A stretch of DNA of 64,000 bases from an uncultured Candidatus Saccharibacteria bacterium. GTDB taxonomy: Bacteria > Patescibacteriota > Minisyncoccia > Phycocordibacterales > Phycocordibacteraceae. Positions 39,332 to 48,934 of this stretch are shown here, in pieces. The notes beneath the pieces are model-generated. The model made no database searches. It was not told the DNA's origin and saw only the letters and a program-made list of their open reading frames with translations. How positions within the stretch are numbered: the first letter of the stretch is position 1; each line of letters starts with the position of its first letter. Location: the NCBI GenBank assembly GCA_964434255.1, contig CAYSUL010000001.1, forward strand, positions 104,856 to 168,855, in the 5' to 3' direction. The translations under genes and the position numbers were made by a program.

Positions 39332-39787
39332 TTAGTACGTGACCTTAAGGCCACGCTCCACGCGCCGTTGATCAGTCGTCAAACAGCTACTATATCCGGT
39401 CGCGTATATACCAGTAGCACCCGACGTATTCTTGGTTATCGTCACGCGCGCGTTCGAACCCGTTGGCGAGCAAGGAATAGTCATCGTGGAAGTGCGTACC
39501 GCTCCAGCAGTGCTTGCCGTAACAGCCACCGTCTGGTTATTGCATCTGATGCTCGTCGTCGCGACCGCGGTACTGAACGCATTGAACTGCTGATCGACAT
39601 ATAGCCCGCATTCGAGGGCGGAGTCGGCGTTATAGAATGCGACCTGAGAGTTACGCGCGGTCGAGGAAAGGATGACCTGCTTGTATGCGATGTCGACGAG
39701 CGCAAGACCGACCGCAACAAGCACGGAACTCAAGATGACCGCGATAAGGAGGGTGAAGCCGCGAGGAGAGATGGTCATCATAGCCAA
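39332..39787 (-). CDS. Type IV minor pilin / pseudopilin
   Basis: Prepilin-type N-terminus (RGFTLLIAVILSSVLVAVGLAL). Confidence 0.5.
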   Translation of the reverse strand: MAMMTISPRGFTLLIAVILSSVLVAVGLALVDIAYKQVILSSTARNSQVAFYNADSALECGLYVDQQFNAFSTAVATTSIRCNNQTVAVTASTAGAVRTSTMTIPCSPTGSNARVTITKNTSGATGIYATGYSSCLTTDQRRVERGLKVTY

Positions 39788-40308
39788 TTATAGAGATTAT
39801 CGGTGACCGTGACCGTAAATGGAGTATGCGCAGTATTGAAGGTAACCGTGACCGTGAGCTGCGTCTCGTTCGAGCTTATGGACGTGAGTTTCACTTTCCG
39901 GGTGAAGCGGGTGGCGGTAAAACTGCTACCCGTCTGCTGGGTATAGAGAGAGCCCGAGCTCACCGTCATGACGGGACAGGTAGCTCCGCACACAAGCACG
40001 TTCGTCGTGCCCGTTGGATCGACGACGCATCCATTAGTCGTGGTGCAGTTAGCGCTCCCGCCCGTACCATCGACACCGAAGAGCCATGAGCGCGGCGTAG
40101 TAGGATTCGCGAGGTTGTACAGATAGTTCCCGTCCCGTATGGCCCGTACGTACTCGATACCCTCTTCTGCCAGTGCCGTCGCTATTAATTGGTCGCGCGC
40201 CGCATACGAAGTCAGCAATCCCTGCTGGACCATCTGGAACGGCCCGAGCACCGCTATCACTATGATGGTGATAGCAACGAGGGTCTCGACGAGAGTAAAG
40301 CCTTTCAT
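39778..40308 (-). CDS. Type IV minor pilin (prepilin-type N-terminal methylation domain)
   Basis: MKGFTLVETLVAITIIVIAVLG leader/TM. Confidence 0.55.
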   Translation of the reverse strand: MKGFTLVETLVAITIIVIAVLGPFQMVQQGLLTSYAARDQLIATALAEEGIEYVRAIRDGNYLYNLANPTTPRSWLFGVDGTGGSANCTTTNGCVVDPTGTTNVLVCGATCPVMTVSSGSLYTQQTGSSFTATRFTRKVKLTSISSNETQLTVTVTFNTAHTPFTVTVTDNLYNWL

Positions 40309-40309
40309 A

Positions 40310-40891
40310 TTACGGGATATCGAGCAGTCGCTGCGTACCGCTCGTCTGGATGACGAACGAGGCGGTCTTGCCCGCATCGGTCTCCATAGTACCGCGCACC
40401 GAAACAGTCACCTGAGGCTGTACGAGCGCGTTTGCGCCGGTAACTCCAACACCGCGCACATTGAAAGAAAGGCTCGTGATAGTTATGCGAGGATCCGTAA
40501 GCGGGATGGCGGTCGCGTCCGAGCAGGTAGTGACCGCGGACCCGCTGCACTGGCCGATGGTTCCGGTGCTGTTCAACCGATAGTGCATCGGCTGATCCTG
40601 GCTATCGCAGAATGTAAGTCGATTGAACGTACCGTTCGTGCCGCTACCCGCCGCGGCGCAGTTAACGGTCGTCGTGCCGCCCGTATAGTGCGTACCCGTG
40701 CGCACGTTACGCACCATACTCTCGATGCCGAACGAAAGGTTCGCAACGAGCTGATTGGTCGCCCGCGCCTCGCGGTCATGACTGATAAGCGCGAGATAGA
40801 GTCCCATCACGACGAGCATGACCATGCTGAAGAGCCCGATAGAGACGATGAGCTCGAGCAGCGTGTATCCGCGGGCAGGGGTACGCATCAT
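40310..40891 (-). CDS. Type IV minor pilin (PilW-like)
   Basis: ARGYTLLELIVSIGLFSMVMLVV N-terminus. Start chosen at MMRTPARGYTLLEL. Confidence 0.5.
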   Translation of the reverse strand: MMRTPARGYTLLELIVSIGLFSMVMLVVMGLYLALISHDREARATNQLVANLSFGIESMVRNVRTGTHYTGGTTTVNCAAAGSGTNGTFNRLTFCDSQDQPMHYRLNSTGTIGQCSGSAVTTCSDATAIPLTDPRITITSLSFNVRGVGVTGANALVQPQVTVSVRGTMETDAGKTASFVIQTSGTQRLLDIP

Positions 40892-41601
40892 AGGCAATCG
40901 GTGACAGCGACCTGACCTACTTTCGAGACGACGACGCAACGCTCAGCGGCACCGTCCGGCGAGCGCAGGTATATCTTCGCATCAGTGAGCGAATGCAGCG
41001 TTGTTCCGCCTGTCGTCCTCCCGAAGATGATGGTATCGGTCGACGGTCGCATGAACGTTATATGCATCGTCTCAAAATCACCGGTAGTGGAGCAGAGTAG
41101 CGCCCCGCCGATCGCGTGGCCACAGAACTTATATATGTTGAATCCCCTGTTGAGCGAATAGGTGCGGACGAGCTCGGCAGGAGTGGCCGACGGGTCATAG
41201 ATGCAATCGCCCGGATGGGCTTCAGGTGAGGTTGCTGACAATTGAGTATGGCCAGGACACAGTCCAGATTGCGTGCTGCCAGGCGAAGCGGGCGAAGTAT
41301 CGGCGAATAAAATATACGACGTAGGAGTGAGACTCGAGAACCGCACGCCATACCCCGCCCCGTATACGCTACCCGAGATACGGCTCGAAAGACCGAGTGT
41401 CTGCGCTTCGCGCACGGAAAACGCGATGGTATACGTCGTATCGGTGAGAAGAAGCGAGCGATTGAAGGTGCTCTGCCCCATCACGGCGATAAGCGTGACG
41501 ACCACGATTATGGAAAGGACGACGAGCATCTCGACCAAGGAGAAGCCGCGACTCGCAGATGGATGTACTTTCGTATCTCTTAGAAAAGGAATGGGTTCCA
41601 T
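40888..41601 (-). CDS. Type IV minor pilin (GspH/FimT-like)
   Basis: SRGFSLVEMLVVLSIIVVVTLIAV N-terminus. Confidence 0.5.
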   Translation of the reverse strand: MEPIPFLRDTKVHPSASRGFSLVEMLVVLSIIVVVTLIAVMGQSTFNRSLLLTDTTYTIAFSVREAQTLGLSSRISGSVYGAGYGVRFSSLTPTSYILFADTSPASPGSTQSGLCPGHTQLSATSPEAHPGDCIYDPSATPAELVRTYSLNRGFNIYKFCGHAIGGALLCSTTGDFETMHITFMRPSTDTIIFGRTTGGTTLHSLTDAKIYLRSPDGAAERCVVVSKVGQVAVTDCL

Positions 41602-42329
41602 TGAGTGAAGAATGCGAGCAGGAAGCCGGCGGCCAGGAACGGCACGAACGGCACCTCAATACCTATTCTATGCCCCCTCGGCGTAGCTACCAATATAGCA
41701 ATGCCGCACAACGCCCCTATCCAGAACGAGAAGATGAGGCCAGGGAACGCCGCCGCGAACCCCACAAGGAGCGCGAGACCGAGCGCGACCGGGCTATCCC
41801 CGAGCCCCATCAACCGCCCGCGCGAGAGCGCATAGAAGACGAAGAAGGCAGCACCGATGATGCCGGCAAAGAGAAGGGTGAGCCCGAAGTCCCTTAGATC
41901 GAACGAGTTCAGATAGCTCGTGATAACGGCCAGGGCGACGAAGAGCGATGACGCTACGGGCGGCACCACCGTATGCCGCATATCGTAGAGGACGATGAAC
42001 GCGAGGACGCAGAGCGCTCCGAGGAACGGGATAAGTACGAGGGTGAGCCCGAATGTAAGGTAGGAGAGAGCGAAGAGTATCCCGAGCGCGGCTTCCGTAA
42101 CCACATAGCTTATAGGAAGCCTGACCCCGCAGTATCCGCACCGCCCATAGGTCGCGAGCCAGGAAGCGACAGGAACGAGGTCGAGGAATCCGAGCTGAGT
42201 GCTGCATGAATTGCAGCGGGAGCGATCGCTCGCCCATCGCTCGCCCGTATAGAGGCGCTCGGCGAGCACGCCGATGAAGCTCGCGAGTATGGCGCCGAGA
42301 ACTCCGAACGCGAAGGCGAGAAGCGTCAT
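41580..42329 (-). CDS. pilD: Prepilin peptidase (A24 family)
   Basis: N-terminal CxxC...CxxC zinc motif (CNSCSTQ...CGYCGV) and polytopic A24 peptidase membrane topology with the catalytic Asp pair. Confidence 0.8.
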   Translation of the reverse strand: MTLLAFAFGVLGAILASFIGVLAERLYTGERWASDRSRCNSCSTQLGFLDLVPVASWLATYGRCGYCGVRLPISYVVTEAALGILFALSYLTFGLTLVLIPFLGALCVLAFIVLYDMRHTVVPPVASSLFVALAVITSYLNSFDLRDFGLTLLFAGIIGAAFFVFYALSRGRLMGLGDSPVALGLALLVGFAAAFPGLIFSFWIGALCGIAILVATPRGHRIGIEVPFVPFLAAGFLLAFFTQWNPFLF

Positions 42330-42352
42330 GCGTTCAGTATAACCTCACGAGA

Positions 42353-42823
42353 CTACTGGCAATCAAGGTCCGCACTCGACTGCAGGAGTGCGACCGACGA
42401 AGTCGCAACACCTCCAACACTATCGACGCAGTAGAATCCGCCCGTCTTGAGCGCGGCTTCCGCTGCCCACAATGCGTCGTCCGAATTGCATGAGGACTGC
42501 AACTCGGTCGTCGGGCCCGTCCCTATCGCGTTCCCTCCCCCCGCAAGCGTCGCGCCCCACACGAGCGTATAGATGCTCTTCACTTCAGCGCCCGCATTAT
42601 CGATGCACACATTCGCGAAGCTCTTGTTGTTCGCATCATGGTACAGCTCCGCCTGCGCACGGATACCGCTCAAGTTCGACCTGACCGCGGCATCCTGACC
42701 CTTATCGCGCGCGACACGTATGGAAGTGAGCACCACCGACGAGAGGATGCCGATGATAGCGATCACGACGAGGAGCTCGATGAGGGTGAAACCCTTCCGA
42801 GCGGAAGATGTTACAGGATGCAT
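42353..42823 (-). CDS. Type IV major pilin (PilA-like), copy 1
   Basis: Leader MHPVTSSARK then G|FTLIELLVVIAIIGILSSVVL. C-terminal Cys pair (disulfide loop). Confidence 0.8.
   Translation of the reverse strand: MHPVTSSARKGFTLIELLVVIAIIGILSSVVLTSIRVARDKGQDAAVRSNLSGIRAQAELYHDANNKSFANVCIDNAGAEVKSIYTLVWGATLAGGGNAIGTGPTTELQSSCNSDDALWAAEAALKTGGFYCVDSVGGVATSSVALLQSSADLDCQ
42728..42793. repeat. 66-nt exact direct repeat (copy A) encoding the conserved pilin N-terminal helix
   Basis: Identical to 43330..43395 (gagcaccaccgacgagaggatgccgatgatagcgatcacgacgaggagctcgatgagggtgaaacc). Confidence 0.7.
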
Positions 42824-42878
42824 GCGACGAAGGTGATTGGTATGAGCGTAAGTATAACGTGCGCATGAGAGGTAAAAA

Positions 42879-42906
42879 CAAAGAGCCCCGTTCGGGGCTC
42901 TTTGTT
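42879..42906 (-). terminator. Rho-independent terminator (AAAGAGCCCCG-TTCG-GGGCTCTTTG + U-run)
   Basis: Perfect hairpin 19 nt downstream of pilin copy 2 stop. On the minus strand it is followed by GTTTTT. Confidence 0.5.
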
Positions 42907-42924
42907 CATCCTATATACGTAGGA

Positions 42925-43437
42925 CTAGTAGGTGGCGTCAGTGTCGCAGTTCGCGTCTGAGACAATGGAAGGACCAGGGTTGGTGCTGCTTGCGAAGCCT
43001 GTGGAGTCAACGCAGTAGATTTCAGTCGTGGTCGTCTTGAGGGCGACCATAGCTGCCCAACGCTCTGAGTTCGCGTAGCAAGAGGTTGCAAGCGTTGCAG
43101 AGCTACCAGAAGCACTGAGAGCCGCATTCACGCTATCGCCGATGACGTTCGAGCCAGTTGCGGCGCAGACGCCCGTACCGCCAGTACCAGTCATGGTAGG
43201 GGCCGTAACGGTCGTTGAATAACGGTTATTGTTGCTGTCGTAGAAGATTTCCGCCTCAGCGCGAGCTGAAGAGAGGTTCGATTTGACCGCCGCGTCCGCA
43301 CCCTTATTGCGCGCGGTGTTGAGCGATGCGAGCACCACCGACGAGAGGATGCCGATGATAGCGATCACGACGAGGAGCTCGATGAGGGTGAAACCTCGAA
43401 GATGTCCTTGTCGGATGCCTGAAGGTGCAAGATTCAT
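42925..43437 (-). CDS. Type IV major pilin (PilA-like), copy 2
   Basis: Leader then G|FTLIELLVVIAIIGILSSVVL. The N-terminal 25 residues after cleavage are identical to copy 1. Confidence 0.8.
   Translation of the reverse strand: MNLAPSGIRQGHLRGFTLIELLVVIAIIGILSSVVLASLNTARNKGADAAVKSNLSSARAEAEIFYDSNNNRYSTTVTAPTMTGTGGTGVCAATGSNVIGDSVNAALSASGSSATLATSCYANSERWAAMVALKTTTTEIYCVDSTGFASSTNPGPSIVSDANCDTDATY
43330..43395. repeat. 66-nt exact direct repeat (copy B)
   Basis: See 42728..42793. Confidence 0.7.
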
Positions 43438-43560
43438 AATTATGAAGTGATGGTTACGCGGTTACGAGTAAAAATATCCGCTTGCTTCTATTGTACGAGA
43501 TGATATCTCGCTTGTTTTGATGCGTGTGGATAAGGGTCATCCGCAGCGGAACGAAACTGG

Positions 43561-44766
43561 CTAGATCGAACCGGCGAGATTGTAGATAGGAACGAGCACC
43601 GACGCGAGCAGGACGCCCACACCAAGGCCAAGAAGCACGATCATCATCGGCTCGATGAGGTCGACGAGCGTGTCGACGGCGTTGCTCACCTCACGACGAT
43701 AGAACTTTGCGAGCGTCGTGAGAATGTTGCCGAGCTCTCCTGTCTCCTCGCCCACCTTCACCATGGCACTCATGATTCCTGGTATCTCCGGGTGGCGCGA
43801 GAGCGCGTCCGATATGGGTGCGCCGCCCTTCACCTGGTCACCCACGTCTTTGAGTACCGCTTCGTAGCGCGCGTTACCCACCACCGATGCGGTTATCTCC
43901 ACCGACTCCACCACCGGCACACCCGACATGAGCATCGTTGCGAAGTTGTCCGCGATGCGGGAGAGGTAGAGCTTCTCGTAGAGGTCACCGATGTATGGGA
44001 CTTCGAGCTTCAGATCATCGAAGAAGAGACGGCCGGGCGGGGTCTGGCCCCAACGGTACGCGAAGACGCCGCCGACGACGAGCGCCACGAGGAAGAAGAA
44101 CCCGTAATTCACGAGGAACATGGAAAGCCCGATGACTATCTGCGTGTAGAGCGGTACTTCCTGACCCGAGTCTATGAGTATCTGGCTCACCTTCGGAATG
44201 ACCATGGTGAGCATGAGCGCCATCACCACGAAGAACACCGTTATCACGAACGCCGGATAGATGAGCGCGTTCTGCGCCTTGCTCGCGACTTCATAGGTGC
44301 GATCGAGATAGTCGGCGAGGTACCCGAACGTCTCGGAAAGCTTTCCGGACTCTTCGCCCGAGCGCACCATGTTCACATAGAAGGTGGTGAACACCTTTGG
44401 GTGGCGCGCCATCGCCTTGCTGATGGGGCTTCCTCCCTGCAGGTCGTCAGCCACCTGCGTGAGTATCTCAGAGAGGTGGCGGTTATCGACCTCGGCCGCG
44501 AGCAGGCGGAACACGCGGAGCGCGGAGACCTGCGCTTCGAACAAAGTCGCTATCTGCCGCGACAGTATGACGATGTCTTTGTTCGAAACGCTCTTAAGGA
44601 AGCTGAGCTCCACCTTGAGCGGTCCCTTCTTCCCCATCGGTTCTATCGAAGAGACGATGAGATTGCGGCGCTGGAGCGTCGACACCGCGACGTCCATGGA
44701 CAAGGCCTCGATAGTCCCCTGACGCTCATGCCCATCGGTATCGAGTGCTCGGTATGAAAAAAGCAT
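43561..44766 (-). CDS. pilC: Type IV pilus assembly platform protein PilC (GspF family)
   Basis: Two GspF repeats and 3 TM segments. 401 aa. Confidence 0.85.
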   Translation of the reverse strand: MLFSYRALDTDGHERQGTIEALSMDVAVSTLQRRNLIVSSIEPMGKKGPLKVELSFLKSVSNKDIVILSRQIATLFEAQVSALRVFRLLAAEVDNRHLSEILTQVADDLQGGSPISKAMARHPKVFTTFYVNMVRSGEESGKLSETFGYLADYLDRTYEVASKAQNALIYPAFVITVFFVVMALMLTMVIPKVSQILIDSGQEVPLYTQIVIGLSMFLVNYGFFFLVALVVGGVFAYRWGQTPPGRLFFDDLKLEVPYIGDLYEKLYLSRIADNFATMLMSGVPVVESVEITASVVGNARYEAVLKDVGDQVKGGAPISDALSRHPEIPGIMSAMVKVGEETGELGNILTTLAKFYRREVSNAVDTLVDLIEPMMIVLLGLGVGVLLASVLVPIYNLAGSI

Positions 44767-44769
44767 AGG

Positions 44770-45831
44770 TTAGAGGTATCGCTCGAAGGTCTTGGGGTCC
44801 ATCGCGCGTTCGTACGCATGCTCGATGGTGACTTCTCCCTTGCGTACGAGCTCGGCGAGCGAGCGGTCCATGTCTATCATCCCCTCCTGGCTCGACGTCT
44901 GCACAACCGTCGATATCTCGTGGGTGCGGCCTTCGCGGATGAGGTTCGCAACCGCGCTGTTGTTGATGAGAAGTTCGTACGCCGGGACCTGACCACCCGA
45001 TATGCGCGGCACGAGACGCTGCGAGAATATACCGGCGAGGGAACCCGCGAGCTGCACGCGCACCTGCGCCTGCTGGTTCGGCGGGAACATGTCGATAATG
45101 CGGTCAATGGTCTGCGCCGCGTTATTAGTATGAAGCGTCGACAGCACGAGGTGACCCGTCTCAGCCGCGGTGACGGCTGCGGAAATGGTCTCGTAGTTAC
45201 GCATCTCTCCCACCATGATGACGTTCACGTCCTCGCGGAATGCCGAGTTGAGCGCGGCCGCGAAGTCAGGCGTATCGATATGCACCTCGCGCTGATGGAT
45301 GAGCGACTTCTTCTGCTCGAAGAGGTACTCGACCGGATCCTCGATGGTGACGATGTGCTCGGCACGCGTCTCGTTGATGCGGTCGATGATAGCGGCGAGC
45401 GTCGTCGACTTACCCTGCCCTACCGGCCCTACCACGAGGAAGAAGCCCTGCTGCTTCTGGCTGAATACTTCGAGCACCGAAGGGAGATTGAGATCCGTGA
45501 ACGTACGTATCTCCTTCGGGATGAGACGCATCGCGATAACGACCGCGCCCTGCACCACATATCCATTCACGCGGAAGCGATTGCCATCCGTATGCGCGAG
45601 CGAGAAGTCGACGGCCTGCTCGGCCTCGAACTTCGGCCACATGTTCTGCGGGGCCACCGATTTCAGCATTTCCTTCGTCTCATCAGGCGTAAGCACCGCT
45701 TCCTGCACGAGCGGCACGAGCGCGCCCGATACACGGATGATAGGAGGAGAGCCGACCGATATATGGAGGTCGGAGCCACCTTCGCGTACGACCGTATCAA
45801 GGAGCGTTTGTATACGATTCATCGAGGTCAT
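44770..45831 (-). CDS. pilT: Twitching-motility retraction ATPase PilT
   Basis: Walker A GPVGQGKST and the Asp/His boxes of the secretion ATPase family. 353 aa with no N-terminal GSPII_E_N domain, consistent with PilT. Confidence 0.85.
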   Translation of the reverse strand: MTSMNRIQTLLDTVVREGGSDLHISVGSPPIIRVSGALVPLVQEAVLTPDETKEMLKSVAPQNMWPKFEAEQAVDFSLAHTDGNRFRVNGYVVQGAVVIAMRLIPKEIRTFTDLNLPSVLEVFSQKQQGFFLVVGPVGQGKSTTLAAIIDRINETRAEHIVTIEDPVEYLFEQKKSLIHQREVHIDTPDFAAALNSAFREDVNVIMVGEMRNYETISAAVTAAETGHLVLSTLHTNNAAQTIDRIIDMFPPNQQAQVRVQLAGSLAGIFSQRLVPRISGGQVPAYELLINNSAVANLIREGRTHEISTVVQTSSQEGMIDMDRSLAELVRKGEVTIEHAYERAMDPKTFERYL

Positions 45832-46214
45832 GCAGGCTGAGTTTCTATTATCTTTATGGTTTCGGTGAATACTTCGGACGGAATGGCGGAAGCCTTGATG
45901 ATGTATCCATCTGCCTTAAGCTCCTTCGCACGATTGAGATCGGCGTCCTGTCCCTGGTTCGAGAGGATGATGACCTTCATGCCAGGCGCAAGATTCTCCT
46001 TACGGATGACATCGAGTATGTCGAATCCGCTCATTCCCGGCATCACGACGTCGAGAAGGAGCGCGTTCGGTGCCGGCTGCTCACGGAGCGCAGCGAGGAG
46101 CTCCTCGCCCTTTGAGAATGCCGTCACTTCATGGCCCGCAGCCTTGAATTTGACGGCGTACATATCGAGCAGGAAACGATCATCATCTACGAGATAGAGG
46201 CGATAGGTGTTCAT
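45828..46214 (-). CDS. CheY-like single-domain response regulator (PilH-like)
   Basis: Receiver domain (LVDDD...D...K) with no output domain. Embedded between pilT and pilB. Confidence 0.7.
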   Translation of the reverse strand: MNTYRLYLVDDDRFLLDMYAVKFKAAGHEVTAFSKGEELLAALREQPAPNALLLDVVMPGMSGFDILDVIRKENLAPGMKVIILSNQGQDADLNRAKELKADGYIIKASAIPSEVFTETIKIIETQPA

Positions 46215-47977
46215 ACGACTGGTTCAGGGAGGGTATCTTCAGGTTCGTCGACTGCGAAATACGTGCCGCCCAAGGTATTGACTTCCTCGAACGGTATCTC
46301 GCCAGCGAGTGCCTTCATGATAGCATCCTCGCGCATCGTATACATGCCTTTTGCACGCGCTGCCGCGAACACTTTCTCCTCCTGCGGCTGGGCGAGCACC
46401 ACCTGCTCGAGCTCCTTATCCATCTCGAGGAATTCAAAGACAGCGAGGCGTCCGCGGGTGCCGTTCGGGCAGTCAGGCGTCGCCTGGGCATGGTAGATAT
46501 TCTCGAATTTAGGGAGATTCACCTTCGCGTGCTCCGGCAGGTCCTCGAACTCCTTCTCGAGCAGCACGCGGATGGAGTCGGAGACCGGCACCGCCTGTCC
46601 GGCACCCGGACACAGCTTACGCACGAGGCGTTGGCCAACGGCGGCGATGAGGGTCGGTGCGATGAGGTACGGGTCGACGCCCATGTCGATGAGGCGCGGA
46701 ATGACACCGGCGGCGGTGTTCGTGTGGATGGTCGAGAAGACGAGGTGACCGGTGAGCGCGGCCTGTATGGCGAGCTGCGCCGTTTCCTTGTCGCGGATCT
46801 CTCCCACCATGATGACGTCAGGGTCCTGACGCAGGATGGAACGGAGTCCCGACGCGAACGTGTAGCCTATTTCAGGACGGACCTGCGACTGCGCGACGCC
46901 CGGTATCTCATACTCGACCGGATCCTCCACCGACACCACGTTCGAGGCCTCCCTATCGAGAGCCGAAAGCATAGCGAACAGAGTCGTCGACTTACCCGAA
47001 CCGGTCGGTCCCGCGACGAGGATGATGCCGTACGGCTTGCGGATGATGTCCTTCACGCGCGCGAGATCCGACGGGGAAAGACCGAGATCCTCAAGCGATG
47101 CGATGGATTTCGCGCGATCGAGGATACGCATCACCACCTTCTCTCCGTCAGGCGTCGGGAATGTCGAGACACGGAAGTCTATCCTTCGCCCTTCCACGGT
47201 CGCCGAGAAGCGTCCATCCTGCGGCTTACGCTTCTCATCGAGACGCATCTGCGAAAGTATCTTGATACGCGCGACGACCGCAGGGTGCACCTTCGTCGGG
47301 AGCTCGAGCGAGGTGTGGAGCTCGCCGTCCATACGGAAGCGTACACGGGTCTTCTCGTCGGTCGGCTCGATGTGGATATCGGATGCGCCGCCCTCCACCG
47401 CGTACCGGAGGATGGTCGCCACGATCTTGGTGACCGGCGCGTCCGCTTTTATCGCCTGTTCCTCGACGATGCCCGTGTCGTCCTCCTTATCCTGCTGCAT
47501 ATCTATCTCGAGCGTGCCCTCGTATTCAGTCAACGCCTCGCCCACTTCGCCCGTGAGATTCTCGTATTCCTTTATGACGCGGGCGAAATCAGTCTCGCTG
47601 ATGAGCGAGAGCTTGTATGGCATGCCAACGCGCGACGATATGAACTGCAGCGCATCGAGCGCTTCGAGATTATCCGGATCGACGATACCGACCTCGAGCG
47701 CAGCGTCGGCAATTGCGAGCGGGACGAATCGGTAGTGGCGCGCGGATTCTTCCGGGATGAACTCGAGCGCCTCGTGCGCTATCTCCTGCGACGGAAGTAT
47801 CTTGTACGGCATGTCGTACCGTTCGCTCTTCGCTTTCAGCATCTGCTCGACCGTGATGCCGCGCTTCTCGAGCAGCGTCTCGATGGAGGTCGCAGAACCC
47901 TTGGCTTCCGCAGTAATAGCAGCCGCGTCCTCCTGTTTAAGGAGTCCGGTGTCTACGAGAAGCGAGAGCGTATTCAT
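46211..47977 (-). CDS. pilB: Type IV pilus assembly ATPase PilB (GspE family)
   Basis: N-terminal GSPII_E_N domain and Walker A GPTGSGKST. 588 aa. Confidence 0.88.
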   Translation of the reverse strand: MNTLSLLVDTGLLKQEDAAAITAEAKGSATSIETLLEKRGITVEQMLKAKSERYDMPYKILPSQEIAHEALEFIPEESARHYRFVPLAIADAALEVGIVDPDNLEALDALQFISSRVGMPYKLSLISETDFARVIKEYENLTGEVGEALTEYEGTLEIDMQQDKEDDTGIVEEQAIKADAPVTKIVATILRYAVEGGASDIHIEPTDEKTRVRFRMDGELHTSLELPTKVHPAVVARIKILSQMRLDEKRKPQDGRFSATVEGRRIDFRVSTFPTPDGEKVVMRILDRAKSIASLEDLGLSPSDLARVKDIIRKPYGIILVAGPTGSGKSTTLFAMLSALDREASNVVSVEDPVEYEIPGVAQSQVRPEIGYTFASGLRSILRQDPDVIMVGEIRDKETAQLAIQAALTGHLVFSTIHTNTAAGVIPRLIDMGVDPYLIAPTLIAAVGQRLVRKLCPGAGQAVPVSDSIRVLLEKEFEDLPEHAKVNLPKFENIYHAQATPDCPNGTRGRLAVFEFLEMDKELEQVVLAQPQEEKVFAAARAKGMYTMREDAIMKALAGEIPFEEVNTLGGTYFAVDEPEDTLPEPVV

Positions 47978-48059
47978 ATATTAAGCCTGCGAACGATGCA
48001 TGCGTCCATGATAGCGCACGAACGCGTTGCATTCGTGCATAAGATTGTAGCGGCTGTGG

Positions 48060-48368
48060 TTAGCGACCGAGCGGCGCGAACGGATCGTTGCGTCCTGGCA
48101 CCTCAGGCGTGATGGCGGTATGGATATCGATGAGCGCGAGGAAACGCGGGTCGCTGAAGATGCTCGTATCGAAGACGATGGAGTCGAGCTCGCCTGCGAG
48201 CGTCACAAAGTTCGCTTCGCTTGCGGTAGCAGCACCTCCGGTTACCGACACGGTGCTGTCGGACTCATCGTTCTTCATGAGCGTGTACCCAACCGCAAGC
48301 GCGATGATAACAGCGAGCGCGACCAGGACTGCTACGGTTCGCGAGATATGGAAAGAGTTCGGGTTCAT
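48060..48368 (-). CDS. Hypothetical small membrane-anchored protein within pilus locus
   Basis: TM helix plus a 70-aa domain. Position suggests a PilP-like role, but there is no sequence support. Confidence 0.35.
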   Translation of the reverse strand: MNPNSFHISRTVAVLVALAVIIALAVGYTLMKNDESDSTVSVTGGAATASEANFVTLAGELDSIVFDTSIFSDPRFLALIDIHTAITPEVPGRNDPFAPLGR

Positions 48369-48375
48369 ATGATAG

Positions 48376-48930
48376 TTAGCGGAGCCAGTAGAGGCGGAAC
48401 GTCATGTTGTAGGTATAGACCCCCGTCTCGGTGGTCTGCACATCGAGCGCGATGAGATCGAGCGGACGCAGGCTCACCTCGACATTATCGAGGAAGGTAC
48501 GGAAGGCGGCGTAGGTGCCCTTGCCGCTCATCGTGAGCTCGATGGAATCGACCGGATGATCGCTCGGCGTTATGACCCCGTCCGCCGCATCGTTAGCAGC
48601 ATCAACGGCAACCTCGGTCGTGTCGAAATTGCCAAGCTGGATGCCCGAGCGCGTCGCGAGCGCGTCGAGGTCGAGGATGAGCTGCACGTTATCGACGCCG
48701 TCTGGAAGGAACGCTTCGAGGCGCGCGAGCGACTCCGGAGGTATGTTGCTACGCTCCTGGGAGAGCTGTGCTTCCTTCTGCCTGAAACGATCGGCGGCTG
48801 CGAGCGCACTGTCGTAGTCCTGTATCTGCTGCTTCGCTACCGCTATGGGGCCCGTAAGCGTCGGATTGATATACCCGAAGAAGAGGCCGATTGCGAGGAG
48901 GATGCCGATGACGGGGATGAGACGTGACAT
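48376..48930 (-). CDS. pilO: Type IV pilus inner-membrane component PilO
   Basis: N-terminal TM, coiled coil and ferredoxin-like C-terminal domain. Gene order is pilM-N-O. Confidence 0.6.
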   Translation of the reverse strand: MSRLIPVIGILLAIGLFFGYINPTLTGPIAVAKQQIQDYDSALAAADRFRQKEAQLSQERSNIPPESLARLEAFLPDGVDNVQLILDLDALATRSGIQLGNFDTTEVAVDAANDAADGVITPSDHPVDSIELTMSGKGTYAAFRTFLDNVEVSLRPLDLIALDVQTTETGVYTYNMTFRLYWLR

Positions 48931-48934
48931 AGAG

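Noticed and set aside
46490-48112. 540-aa plus-strand ORF and other long antisense ORFs across pilB/pilT/pilC (44818..45840, 43792..44757)
   Set aside because: Arg/His-rich low-complexity translations antisense to well-supported pilus ATPase/platform genes.
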